This document shows positions 33,090-49,146 of a stretch of 64,000 nt of DNA, piece by piece. Origin of the DNA: the human T2T-CHM13v2.0 reference genome, Homo sapiens; assembly GCF_009914755.1 (NCBI RefSeq), contig NC_060929.1; one strand, given 5' to 3'. The first letter of the stretch is position 1. Each line of letters starts with the position of its first letter. Under the pieces are notes generated by a model that saw only the letters and a list, made by a program, of their open reading frames with translations, had not been told where the DNA came from and made no database searches. Made by a program: the position numbers and the translations under genes.

Positions 33090-35710
33090 TCGCAGGTCAA
33101 AGCAGACTTTAATAAATGGTGCTGAGCCAACTGGAAAGCCCCTTGGAGAAAGTTGAAGTTAGACCTGTACTTCACACCATATGCAAGAATGAACTCCATC
33201 TGGATCCAGGATCCAAATGTAAGAAAATGAAGCCATATAAATACAAAAGGAAACGTGGTGGAAATATCCAGTGGCAACAAAATATTGACACATTTGACTA
33301 CATGAAGATAATAAAAATGCTTAGTAAAAACACAATAAAATCAAATGACTGGGAGAAAAATTTATCCAGCCTATATAATAGACAAACAGTTAGTGTTCTT
33401 ACTATATAAGGAATTAAAAATTAAGGGACAAAGGACCAAAAACTTGATAGAAAAACTGGGAAAAGACATGAACATACTCACGTAAAGATATAAAAATGGC
33501 TCTTTAAAATGAAATATTCAAACTAACTCATTAGAGAAATGTAAATTGAGATAATACTGAGATACCATTTATCATCTCTAAGACTGGTGAAAGAAAGAAC
33601 AACACATTTCTGTTAGGCAAGGCTATAGGGAAACACACTGTCATCACTGTTGGTAGGAATGCAAACTAGTATGACTTCTGGAGGGGAATTTGTCAGTACT
33701 TAACAAATTGCAGAAGCATTTACCCTTTGACACAACCATTTCCACTGTGGGAATTTCCCTTGAAGATGCACCTCCAACAGTACAAACATACAGATGCACA
33801 AGATTACTCATTGCAGCACTGAGACTGCAAATATTGGAAGCAAAGTCATGTTCATATACACGAGAAAGCCTGAGTAAACCATGGCACCAATGGCATACCC
33901 ACATGATGGAATATTATTGAGCTATAAAAAAAATGAGGAAGATCTCTATGAATCGGTATAGTTATTTTCAAGATATATTAAATGCAAAAAGCAAAGTACA
34001 AAAAGTAGAAAGTGGTACTTTGTATGTAAGAAAGAAGGAGATGTAAGAAAGCACATGTATCTATTTGTTTATGCAAAGTAAATAAGGAAAGATTGGCCAG
34101 AAAGTAATGAGCTGTCTATGGATGGTAGGTGGGTTTAGAGTAGAAAGAAGGGAGAAATCATAACGGTGTAAAGGAGGAAGGGATGGAACACTGCCGAGTG
34201 TATCTGAGTATATTTTGTATAACTGTGAGTCTTGGAGCCATAGTAATGTTTCTCATGCCCCCCAAAATAATTAAAGTCAACCAGGATATGAGGAGAGTTC
34301 AAAATGAAATACAAACAGTAACAAATGAACTTAACTGTATTTCAGATGCATAATACAACCACATTGAAGGAGGTGGGCAAGAAAAATAAGAAGTTATAGC
34401 ATTTTGATGGGATACTAGAAAGAGAAAAGGAACTGTACACAAATACCAGAGTCTAGTTAGCAAATTTTTCACAGAAGCAGAAGTTAGTAATTCAGGAAGT
34501 ATTTTATGTGTGTTTTAGGATGGGGAAAACAAATATATGGTAGGTAATGAGAACATGGGGGACATATTGAAAGGACACAGGAACCAAATTGAATGTCCCT
34601 CAGTGGCCAAATCTTGGGCAATTTGAGCAATAAAATAATGACAATAATGGGTTATAGTCCACTGACTAAAAATACACTATAGAATCCCATACACAATGGA
34701 ATCACAAATGTAGAAGGAACGATAGAAATAGAAAAAATGGCTGGGTGCAGTGGCTCACGCCTGTAGTCCCAGCACTTTGGGAGGCCAAGGCGGGTGGATC
34801 ATCTGGGGTCAGGAGTTCAAGACCAGCCTGGCCAACATGATGAAACCCTGTCTCTACTAAAAATACACAAAGTTAGCCAGGCGTGGTGGCACGTGCCTGT
34901 AATCCCAGCTACTCCGGAGGCTGAGGCAGGAGAATCGCTTGAACTGGGAGGTGGAGGTTGCAGTGATCTGGGACTGTGCCACTGCCCTCTAGCCTGGGTG
35001 ACAGAGTGAGACTCCATCTCAAACCCACAAACAAAAAAACACCATTAGGCAAACACCATAGGAATAGTTGTTGCAGACAAGAAACACCTATGAATGCCGA
35101 ATTAGTGAACAGAAGTATGATGGGAAACACGATTTTGCATGGTTTTAAGATCCCTTCACAAGATACTAATTACAAAGGGAAAAACAGTCATTATAGTGAA
35201 TAAGCCTGACAGAAACCACCTTAACCCAGTGATCAAGTTAACATCACCACTAATAAGACATACTGATACCATGTACCTTCCAATATGATGCACTGAGAAG
35301 GGCACAATTGTCACTTCTGTGGTGTTGTCAGAAATGTGCAATCTCAGTGCAATCAGGAGAAAAGATCAGACAAGCCCAAACTGAGAGACACTCTACAAAA
35401 TAACTGGCCAGTACGTTTTGAAAGTGCCAAGGCCGTGAACAATAAGGAAAGACTGAGGAACAGTCATGGACTGGAAGAGAGTAAAGAAATATGATAACTA
35501 ACTGCATTGTGAGATACCGATTTAGATGTTGGATTAGAAAAAGGACCAGAAATAAGATTTCATCAATGTCAATTATTTGGTTTTGATAATTGTACTGTGG
35601 TTATGTAAGATGTTAACATTAGTAAGAGCTGGGTGAAGGGTACATGGAAACTATTATTTTTGCCACCCTTTGAAAGTCTAACTTTTTTCAAAATAAAAAG
35701 TTTTAAAAAT
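33090..35710 (+). mobile_element. Old L1M ORF2/3' UTR fragments (contains an Alu)
   Basis: A-rich L1-like text: aataaatggtgctg...; cactgttggtaggaatgcaaactagt; atggaatattattgagctataaaaa. Confidence 0.7.
34739..35040 (+). mobile_element. AluS
   Basis: Dimer. Confidence 0.9.
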
Positions 35711-35753
35711 AGTTTGCAGAAGTTTTCATTTTGAGAAAAAAAGATATGAACCT

Positions 35754-36193
35754 TGTATTACTTAGGGTTCTGTACAGGGACAGAACTAATGGAACTAATA
35801 GAAATATATACAAAGGGGAGTTTATTAAGTATTAACTCACTTGATCACAAGGTCCCACAATAGGCCATCTGCAGGCTGAAGAGCAAGGAGAGCCAGCCCA
35901 AGTTCTAAAACTGAAGACCTTGGAGTCCAATGTTCGAGGGTAGGAAGCATTCAGCACGGGAGAAAGATGTAGGCTGGGAGGCTAGGCCAGTCTCTCTTTT
36001 CACATTTTTCTGCTTGCTTATATTCTAGCCGTGCTGGCAGCTGATTAGATTGTGCCCACCCAGGTTAATAGTGGGTCTGCCTTTCCCAGCCCACTGACTC
36101 AAATGTTAATCTCCTTTGGCAACATCCTCACAGACACACCCAGGATCAATACTTTGTATCCAATCAAGTTGACACTCAGTATTAACCAACACA
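35754..36193 (-). mobile_element. Solo MLT2A (HERV-L) LTR
   Basis: Typical MLT2A text (cacaaggtcccacaataggc...gacactcagtattaacc); 5-bp TSD AACCT on both sides. Confidence 0.88.
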
Positions 36194-36479
36194 AACCTGC
36201 CATCATGTAACTGCAGTACAGGAGAAGGGAGTGAACATTTATGCAGAATCTGGGTTAGTGGCTGAGGTCAGAAAGGGTTTTCCTGAGGAAGTGATAGCTG
36301 AGATCTGGAAAATGAGGAGGAATTAAGCAGGTGAAGAGATGGGAGAAGAGCGTAGATGGAGGCCCAGCAGCAACGGGAAGCATGGTGCATTTGCGGAACT
36401 GGACAAAGGCTGGTTGGTGTGGCTGGAAGGAAAAGGTGTAATTGGGGCAAGAAGAAGCTGGAGAGGTGGGGAGAAGCCT

Positions 36480-36744
36480 TTCTTTTTTCTTTTTTCTTTC
36501 TTTTTTTTTTTTTTTTTGCGATGGAGTCTCACTCTGTCACCCAGGCTGGAGAGCACTGGAGTGATCTCGGCTCACTGCAAGCTCTGCCTCCCGGGTTCAC
36601 ACCATTCTCCTCTCAGCCTCCCGAGTAGCTGGGACTACAGGTGCCCACCACCATGCCTGGCTAACTTTTTGTGTTTTTAGTAGAGACGGGGTTTCACCGT
36701 GGTCTCGACCTCCTGACCTCATGATCCGCCCGCCTCGGCCTCCC
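36480..36744 (-). mobile_element. Truncated AluY-like element
   Basis: Right arm plus partial left arm. Confidence 0.85.
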
Positions 36745-37239
36745 GGGAGAAGTCTTTTGGTTCACCCATGTCTCCCTGACCAGGAAGCCAACTTCCTAAG
36801 TTTGAGTCCACCTGAGAATTTTCCCTTGAGAGAGTCTATCTTGCCAAATAAATTTCACTTGCAATTGGGGTTGGCATGCCAGGGAGGTGTTCTGCTCCCC
36901 ACCCCCTTTTTCTTCCCTTTTGAACTCAGATCTGGGAATTGCTTAAGGAGCTCCTTTGTGGGTTTGAGACAGGCACAACCTGGACTTGGCGGATAACAAG
37001 TCTTATAGATCCTTAGATTGCTGCCTGTCAGTTCCATTCCCAGGGCACTGTGGCTTATAAACCACTGCACTTGTGCACTGACTTATATCACTTTGTAGCT
37101 ATCTCTTAAGGCTTCACCTTCACGTGGGTGACTTCTCTAGCCCCACACTTGTAGGGCTTACGTGCTTAGCAATCTCAGTTTGTGTTCCTTAGCAATCTCA
37201 ACTCTCCCATTTCTTTTTTTTTTCCAATGGCCTTGTTTT

Positions 37240-37556
<317 letters not shown>

Positions 37557-38754
37557 TGAATTCAGCTTCTTCTTAAACTGATTGATTTTATATATCATTT
37601 CCCTTTATGCCCCAACCATTGTCCAGCTCAGTCATGTCAAGATAAATCATATTTGTCCAGTAGAGAAGTACAGTGGCAAATGATTCTGAAGGTCCTGGGG
37701 GACCTTCCCACATTCTTTGTATCCTTCTAGATCTCTCTGTTTCAACTCATAAGTCCCAGTTTTTGCCAAAGAAGCATGTGGCAGCAGAGAATTCAGCCTG
37801 TGTTGCACAACTGGAATGACCAGTTTGGGTCCTATCAGTGCTGACTGCCATCAGAAAGTGTTTTCTATACCAGTTACATTGTGATCTCTTATCTGATAGC
37901 TTACCTCCCTCATCTGATTTTTGTATATTGCTCTATTCTGCATCCAGACCTTTGTTCCAGGGTTGGCTATCTATCATCTGCAGATCATTTCATGTATGAG
38001 AAGCAGAAATCCTTACATTCCTTTTTTTTTTTCCAGAGGTTCTTTTGCAACCCAGGGTCTATTCACTTCATGAGGTTTGTGATAGTTTCAGAAACTGCAT
38101 GCAAAACTTATGCATATATGTGAATTTTATAGAAGGAGGAGCCACAGCTTCTATTAGAATGTCAGTGAGCTGCATAAGTCCCCAAAAATCATAAACAGCT
38201 GCCTTACCTCCGTTTAATTGCTCCATATTCTATAGTAAGGTTTCCATATGTTCCTCAAAGCCTTTCCTTCTCCAAGTTCATGGTCTGGATCCCAAAAGAG
38301 CAGAAACTTTTTATGGGCTGATAGCTTTCTATCTAGCGGTAGGATATTCTTCCCTACCTCTCCTTCATGATAACACAGCTACTTCACATCTCCTCTGAGA
38401 GGCTGTTGTTTGGCATCTGACCATTGGTAAATGGACGATACATTACAGAGGGGGAATGCTGCTAACTCCAGCTGAAATGCCTGTTATTCAGGCCATAATA
38501 TCAATCATCTAATAGAAGGTGAAGTTGAAAATTGATACTCTCTACAAATATTAATTATACTGTAGAGTTATACTTTCATTGGTGTTATAGTTTAAATAAA
38601 AAGCTTTTTAAAGGTGGCATTTCTTCTAGAGTGAAACAAATCATCATTAATACTTTCCCCCTTAAAATGAATTTTCTTTAGTTATGAAATCAGTGCATTA
38701 TTTTTTTAAAAAATGCAACAACATAGGCAAGCAAAAGAAAAAGTATAAAATTTT

Positions 38755-38890
38755 GGCTGGGCACAGTGGCTCACACCTGTAATCCCAGCACTTTGGGAAT
38801 CCGAGGCAGGTGGATCGCTTGAGCCCAGGGGCTTGAGATCAGCCTGGGCAGCATAGTGAGACCCTGTCTCTATTTTTAAAAATATATAAA
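38755..38890 (+). mobile_element. Free left Alu monomer (FLAM-like)
   Basis: Left arm only, A-rich tail. Confidence 0.8.
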
Positions 38891-39039
38891 TACATAAAAT
38901 AAAAAGTGTAAGATTTTACTCATAATTCAACCCACTTGGTGAAAAATTCCTATGACAATGTGCTGAGTATTCAAAATTATTTGACTGTATGTGTGTAACT
39001 GATTTAAAAAGTAAAAATGGAATCATGTTTCATATTCTA

Positions 39040-39730
39040 TTTTTAACAGCTTTATTGAGGTATAATTGACATATAATAAATGCCACATATTTGAAGTATC
39101 CAATTGATAAGTTTTGACATATGTACCCTCTTGTGAAACCATCTTCACAATCAAGACAGTGAACATGTTATCCATCCCTTCCAAAAATTTCCTCATGCTC
39201 CTTTGTAACACCTCCCTCTCACCCATCTCATCTTGCACCAACCACTGAGCTGTTCTCTGTCACTACAGATTAGTTTTCATTTTCCAGGCTTTTATATAAA
39301 TAGAATCATCCAGTTTGTATTCTTTTTTTGGTCTGGATTTTGTCATTCAGCATATTTATTTTAAGATTCATACATTTTATTGTGTATTTCAACAGTTTGT
39401 TTCTGTTCCTTGCTGAGGAATATTCCATTGTATGGCTACATCACAATTTATTTATCCATTCTCTTGTTTATAGACATTTAGAGTATTTCCAACTTCTTTG
39501 CTTTTATAAGTAAAGTTACCATGAATATTTTTGTACAAGTCTTTTTATGGATATATATTTCTTTTTTCTGGAGTGGAATAGTTGGATCATATGGTAGGTA
39601 TATGTTTAAGTTTTAAAGAAACTACAAGATGTTTATCAAACTGATTGTACTACTTTCTATCCACATAGCAGGGTATGGAGTTTCAGTTACTCCACCTCCT
39701 CACCAACACTAGCATGGCCAGTTTTTGTGG
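39040..39730 (-). mobile_element. L1MB-like 3' fragment
   Basis: acagctttattgaggtataattgaca...tattccattgtatggcta. Confidence 0.75.
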
Positions 39731-40357
39731 TTGGTGGATAAGTTAATTTCTTTTATTCACTTTCAGAATATCAGAGTTGACAGAGTCCTTAATAATCAGT
39801 TAGTCCAACTGTTCACTTCATAGACTGAGAGATGGGGAGGAACTTGCCTGAGGGCCAGTAGGAAATCAGTGGCGGAGCCAGTGGTTGGACAAAATTACTG
39901 CTGAGTTCTGTTTTTGTTCTGTCTATGACTCTTCTACTTAGAATATCTAAACAGAAAACTCCCTTCGCCCAACATACACTTTTCTAAATCTGATGCTTTA
40001 AGGGCAGCTACTGCAGTGTAGAGAAAACAGTTACTTTTGTATTTATGCTTGGTCTCTGTTTCAAGGGCTATTGGGGTAAGTGGCATCCCTTTTCCATAAA
40101 ATGAGGCTGATAATATGAATAGTTGAATCTAATTTTGGTTCAGAGGTACAAAAGGCCATCCAAAAAATATAAAACCAAAAGAGGTGTAGCCTGAGAGACA
40201 TCAGTGCTAACTTTTCTCATCTGCATTTCTCTTGGAAAGATAAAGACGCCACTAATTAATATAGAGATGTTGGGATTTGATGAAGGTATATAACATCCAC
40301 ATGGAAGTCAAACTGGGGATGGGAGGAAGGGAGAGCTATTAGAATAAAAACAGATAA

Positions 40358-40645
<288 letters not shown>

Positions 40646-42986
40646 TTAGAATCACTGAATGTGCTCAGAAACAAGCCATTGCTTTGGAGCCCTAGAATTT
40701 CACAGACACCTGAGAGACCACTTTGGAGAGGTGGGAGGGAGCCTACTGCAGGCTTGGGGAGGTCAGGCAACTCCCACCCCTGTCTTAACTAGTAATATAG
40801 ATGCTCTCCTTTTATATTTTATCTACTGGATTTTTTTTTACATATAATCTTTATTGGAAGGGCTCTTCTACCACTTACCTGTTAATAACCTCCCCACTGT
40901 AGAGATGGGGAAATCTAGAGCTCTAGAAGGAACAGGACTTGTTCAAGGTCACACAGAGCTGAGATGAGAATTCACTGGGATGCCCCATCTAAGGTCCTTT
41001 TCACTCTACTATGCTGCCTCTCATGTGTAAGAAAGAACTTGATACACAGTAGATGCTCAATAAGTGCTTGACTCTTGCCCAGGCTCAGAACCAACATTTG
41101 TAGTATCTATATAATATAGCCTTTGTCTAGAAGCAAGGATGGATAAAAAAATGGGAGATGCTTCTGCTGCTGTCCGAATATCAGCCACTTATTTTTCTAT
41201 TCTTAATAGGATCTTAGTAATGAAGCAGGCCATAAAACACAAAGACAGCATTAAGCTATCCAACCCCCATCCTTCTCTTCTCTTCACACTCCTAAAATTC
41301 CATCTCTTATACACATGATGAGCATATAGTATCACAGATTTTCCAAGAGAGTCCAATTTCAATAATGTTTGAATGAGTAAATATATAATTTATATGATTT
41401 AATTTTATGCAAATTTATTATTTTAAAACAATTATTACATTGATGTATACTATGTGTACGTAGTTTGGGGGTACATGTGATAATTCAATATGTTTATATA
41501 ATTAGTAAAGATCAAATCAGTGTACTTGGGATATCCATTACTTAAAATATTCCAATCATATGATTTTCCTATGAACAAAATAGAGAAAGCCTGTTCTGGA
41601 AAGCATCCATACAAGCTTGCTGGATCTTTAAAAAAATCACCTCTTTCTGAAATTGCTCTGACATATCCAGTCCAAGCATAAGAGAGACTCATAGACTCTC
41701 ATGGCTAGGAGTGCATTCTCCTTCGATGGGAGGTCCCTGTCCACAGCTTTCCTTCATCCAATGTTTAATAAGCCGCTTATAGAGAAAACTCAGCATCAGT
41801 CTTCCAGGAAAGCTCACAACGAGGAGGCAGAGAAGATACATGCAAGAAAAGCTATAATTCAAGGTGGAATGGAGAAAGGCCTTACGCTCCATTCTGGTCA
41901 TGCCAGTCCTCTGCTCAGTGCCTTTCCATGGCTCTGCATGGCCCAAACTCCTCAGCACAATGACCCTTAGGACTTGGCCCTGACAAAGCTCTGACCTCAT
42001 CTCTCAGCACTCTCCACTTCTCCAAAGGGGCCATAGGCAATACTTGCCTCAGGTCTGTGCACAGTCTGTTCCCTTCCCGTGGTACATTCTTCACTCCTCC
42101 GTCTATTTGCTACTTATTTAGGTCTTCACTGAAGTGTCACTCCACTGGAGAGGACTCCCTGGCTCGGCCAGGCTGAGTTATAGGACCCCCTTATGTGTAG
42201 AGTGTGTCTTCTACTTACGATCTTAACCATCATATGGTGCATTATCATGTCCCATCTTAACAATCATTGCAATGCACTGTAATTATTTCCTTGCATATAT
42301 TTGCCACTCAACTGTAGGTCCTGTGAAGGCAGAAGCTACATCTTCTTCATTATTCATCATTGTATCCCTTGTGTCTAGCACAATGCCAGGTATGTAGTAG
42401 GTGCTCAACAAATGATTGTTGAATGAATAAAGGGTAAAGGGTAATAGAATTGATGGATGAATAATGGACGAAGAATGGGACTTTCAGCATATATCAAAAG
42501 CAGGACATGTCATTATAAGGTCAACTGTCTCTAGTCATGCATTCCCTGATACTCAGAGGCTCCTCAGTCTTTCTTGTCAACTTACACCCTTCCTAGTAGG
42601 AATGATCACAAACAATACTATTTACAGCTTCCTGATGTCTCAGCACAGACTGGGAACTCTAACACCTCAAACCAAGTAGGTTTTTGCTGTTTCTGCTCAT
42701 AGAACGCCTGCCATTTAAAGCTTATTATCTGATAGTATGTTCTGCTGCACAGCTCCAAGCATTGCATAGTTTCTCCTGACCCCGTACGGAAACTTGATTC
42801 CTTCAATGACTTTAAATTCTGACTCCTGGAGCCTTGAAGACTAAATTTCTCCCTTCACTTTTACAATAATCCCACAGGTGTTTAAGGATAAATGTGGAAA
42901 TTTCCTGAGACTTTGCTTCTCCAGGCAAAACATCCCTTGTTGTTTTGCTCATTCCTCATGGGTCATCGTTTGTGATCCTCCGTCTA

Positions 42987-43492
<506 letters not shown>

Positions 43493-43973
43493 TCACTTTA
43501 TGATACAGGACTTGTTCATAATTTATGATAAGAAGAAATATGGCACCATGAAAAACAGTTGTTACACAATCTGTGTTCAAATCCCAGCTTTGTCACTTAG
43601 TGTGTATGACTCAGGTGTGTTACTTAATTTATCTGGGCCACAGTTCCCTCTAATGGTAATACATTGTTAGGCTATCATCAGTATTGGATAATGTCAGTAC
43701 GGTGCCTGACATATAGGATTGAATGAATGATACTTCTTCTACAAACCAGCCAGCATCTATTTTCTATGTGTAGGCAGTAGAGACGACTATAACATTTACT
43801 GTGTGGTAATTCTGTTAAGCCCTTTTTTTTCACGTGGAAAAATTGAGGTCCAGGGAGGTGAAATATCCCACCCTAGGTCACAAAGAAGGCAAGTGGCAGA
43901 TCCAATGATGGTGGGGTGGGCGCCAGCGTGGCTCCCTGTCATAGCTTTGGGTAAAGAGTGCCCTTTTATGCTA

Positions 43974-44213
<240 letters not shown>

Positions 44214-44233
44214 TTACTGCTCAGAAGCTGGTA

Positions 44234-44330
44234 TGGGTTGAGTATCCCTAATCCAAAACAAAATCTGAAATGCTTCAAAATCCAAAACACTTCTGGTCCC
44301 AAGCATTTTGGATAAGGGTTACTCAATCTG
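44234..44330. mobile_element. Internally deleted Tigger4/Zombi MITE
   Basis: TIRs ggttgagtatccct / agggttactcaatctg. Confidence 0.7.
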
Positions 44331-44391
44331 TACTTTTCACTGAATTATAGAACTGGCTAATGTTAGATGATTCAGGCCAGATTGGACATCA

Positions 44392-44803
<412 letters not shown>

Positions 44804-45075
44804 AGACAATATATGCATAGAGTAAAATTCATGGTACAAAAGTCATACAGTGAAAAGCATTCTTCCCACCCTTGATTCCTAGCTTCTAGTTTCCCTTTCC
44901 ATAGGCAACCATTCAGAGTTTTCTTGTGGCCCTTCTAGAAATGATTGGTGTTTGTACATGCTCATACAGAATGTAGGAACATACATGCACATCCACACAC
45001 ACACATGCATACACATATGCACATACACATGTAGACTCCTCTTTTATTTACCCAATATTTCTTTTCTTTTTCTTT

Positions 45076-45430
45076 GTTTTTTTTTTTTTTTTTTTTTTTT
45101 TGAGACGGAGTTTCGCTTTTATTGCCCAGGCTGGAGTGCAATGGTATGATCTCACTTGATCTTAGCCAAAAGGCTGAGAAGCGATGCAACGGTACGATCT
45201 CAGCTCACCACAACTTCCGCCTCCTGGATTCAAGCAATTCTCTTGCCTCAGCCTCCCGAGTAGCTGGGATTACAGGCATGCACCACCATGTCCAGCTAAT
45301 TTTATATTTTTAGTAGAGACGGGGTTTCTCTATGTTGGTCTGGCTGGTCGCGAACTCCCAACCTCAGGTGATACGCCCTCCTCGGCCTCCCAAAGTGCCG
45401 GGATTATAGGCATGAGCCACCACGCCTGGC
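45076..45430 (-). mobile_element. AluS (Sp/Sq-like) carrying the U2 insertion
   Basis: Dimer interrupted at 45153-45200. Confidence 0.9.
45153..45185 (-). pseudogene. 3'-truncated (tailless) U2 snRNA retrocopy, nt 1-33
   Basis: Reverse complement ATCGCTTCTCAGCCTTTTGGCTAAGATCAAGTG = U2 5' end with one CpG transition; 15-bp TSD. Confidence 0.92.
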
Positions 45431-45834
45431 TGTCTCACCCAGTATGTCTTAAAGATTGTTCCCTGCCAGTACACATAGATCTGGCTCTTCTATTTAATAG
45501 CTGGTTGATATGTCAATTGCATGGATATGCAATCATTTTAAAAATCAGTCACCAATTAATGAATATTTAGATTGGGCTTAGACTTTTCCCAAGTAAACAA
45601 TACTGCACAGACTATCCTTGTACATATATTAATGCACATATAATATAAAAACTTAGAAGTTAAAATGCTGGGTAAAAGTCTACATGATTTAAAATTTTAA
45701 TAGCTGTTGACATATTGCCCATTTGCTGTCCTAGTGTATAAAAAGACCTGCTTTCCCATGTCCTTGCCTAAACAGTGTGTCGATGCATGCATCTTTGCCC
45801 TTGTATTTATTTTTTAACTCACATTTCTATTATC

Positions 45835-46148
<314 letters not shown>

Positions 46149-46764
46149 TTCTACTATCTTTCTGAGCATCTCTTTATCTGGCCATCTGGCCATTTTTTTT
46201 TATTTGCCTGTGAAATACCTGTTCTGCCCTTTGCCCATTTCTCATTGGGTGGTTGGTCTTTTTCTTATTGGGAAGGGATATTTGTTTAAGGCTTTCCTGG
46301 AGAACCTGATGACTAGTGAGGTTCACACCAGCAGGTGTGAAGTCCTGATGGAGCTCAACACCCATGTTTTCTAGCTGAGGTCCCAGGAAGGAAAGTGCCC
46401 TGTCCAAGGCAGCTAGTGACAGCCCAAATTGCCCAGAACAAGAACAGCATATTAGGATGATATCTTGAGTAAAATAAGGCACAACTTCAAAGAAACTCCA
46501 CATTTATTGTCTCATCTAGTCATTATCATAACACAGCAAGGTGGGTGGGGATGGTTACATTTTTCTCATTCTACAGCTCTGGATTTGTGGGAAATAAATG
46601 CACCATCATCCTACTCACCTTGGAAAAATGAAGGCTGTGGGGATGCATAACAATGATAATAGCTAACGCTCATGAATGCTTACCACGTGCTAAGCACTTT
46701 TCTAAGCATTATCTATGTATTAATCCAATTAATCCCCACGGTCACTGCATCAGGTAGCACAGCA

Positions 46765-47284
<520 letters not shown>

Positions 47285-47518
47285 TCAGAAAGGGGACTCT
47301 CCACATGGCCACACTCCTTTCATTTTCTCTCATGCTTTCTATTGTCAGGAATGCCCTACTTAGTCTTGGTTGATTAGTAAATTCTCAGTCTTCAATGCTT
47401 AGCATGGTATATTAGAGCAGTAGGGACCCTGTATGTGGGTACAGACTTTCCCTTCACCAGGAGAAGATCAGAGTCTGCACCTTTTCATAAATACTATTTA
47501 TTCAGACATCTGCAACTA

Positions 47519-47674
<156 letters not shown>

Positions 47675-47819
47675 CTAAAAGAAAGTGGGAGAAGCACATT
47701 GGTGTTGTTATGGTGTCGAAGTCATCCCAAATCTTTGCCTGGTAGAAAGCTGGGTCACACCTGATCTCAACAGAGAAAATCAGAAGATACCTAGACCTCA
47801 GTCAGCCTTCTAATCTTTT

Positions 47820-48292
47820 AAATATGATGATTTATTCATTTATATTGTGCTAAAATACACATAACATTTTACCATTTTAACTATTTTAAGTGCACAGTTC
47901 AGTAATATGAAGAACATTCACGTTGTTGTGTATCCATCACCCCTATCCATCTCCAGAACATTTTCATCACCCCAAATGGAAACTCTTTATCTATCAAATA
48001 ATAACGCCCCACTACCCAGCCTCCTGGCACCCCCTGCTCTACTATCTGTCTCTATGAATTGGACTATTCTAGGTACCTCATGTAAGTGGAATCCTATCAT
48101 ATGTATTGTTTCTGTGCCTGGCTTATTTCATTTAGCTTTAGCGTCCTCAAGTTTCATCCACATTGTGGTATGTGTCACTGTCTCCTCACTTTTTAAGGCT
48201 GAATAATATTCCACTCTATATATAGACACCAAATCGTGTTCATCCTTTCATCACTTACTTGGACTCTTGGATTATCCCACCCTTTGGCTACT
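47820..48292 (-). mobile_element. L1MB-like 3' fragment
   Basis: aaaatacacataacatt...ttaaggctgaataatattcca. Confidence 0.75.
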
Positions 48293-48517
48293 GGGAGCCC
48301 GCTCATCTCTACATGTGGAGAAAGTGGAACACAGAGGAGAGGGGAATTGCCCAAGGTCACTATGCAAGTTAGTGGCACAGCCCAGATAAGAATTCAGGTC
48401 TCCTGTTTCCCAGCCCTCTAACATGTCTCTCCCACACTTCTTTCAGGGCTGTGCAGTCCACTAGTTAGTATAGCAGCTCTCATGAATCTAGGGGGAATGA
48501 TTATGTTAATAGATTTC

Positions 48518-48994
48518 TATGGTGGGTAGAATAATGGTTCCCCAAAGATGTTCACATCCTAATCCCCAAAAGATGAGAGTATGTTATGTTACATGGCGAG
48601 GGAGAATTAAGTTTTTAGATGGGATTAAGGTTTCCAATCAGCTGACCCTAAAACAAGGAGATGATCCTGGATTATTCGGGTGGGACAAGCATCCTTAAAA
48701 GTGGAAGAGGGAGTCAGAAGGGGAAGATCAGAGGGAAGGCAACATGAGAAAGACTTGGCTTGAGGCTGCTAGCTTTGAAGATGGAAGGCGGCCTGAGCCA
48801 AGGCACACAGACAGCCTCTACAAAGCTGGAGAAGACAAGAGAACAGATTCTCCCCTGGAATCCAGAAAGGAATGCTGCTCTGCCGCACATTAAGTTCAAC
48901 CTAGCGAGACTCAAGCACTGGAAAATAAATTTGTGTTTTTTCAAGCCACTAGATTTGTGGTAATTTATCACAGCAGCAATATGAAATGAATACA
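48518..48994 (+). mobile_element. MaLR LTR (MLT1D-like)
   Basis: agaataatggttccccaaagatg...cacagcagcaatatgaaatgaataca, typical MLT1 termini. Confidence 0.8.
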
Positions 48995-49146
48995 ACCCCA
49001 GAGACTTTCACTCAAGAAAATGAAAGTATAATGGTGGGATTTCGTGGTCTGTGATAATGGAGCATGGACATGGGAGGCAGTCTGAAATTCATGAAAGAAT
49101 TACTTTATCAATTTCCTTGTCTGTAAATTGCAGATAAAGATACTAT

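Noticed and set aside
33116-33920. ORFs with L1 ORF2-like fragments
   Set aside because: Decayed old L1; no intact endonuclease or RT frame.
39752-39757. AATAAA on - as the SLC36A3 poly(A) signal
   Set aside because: Plausible, but it cannot be distinguished from other variant signals between 39050 and 40300 without transcript data.
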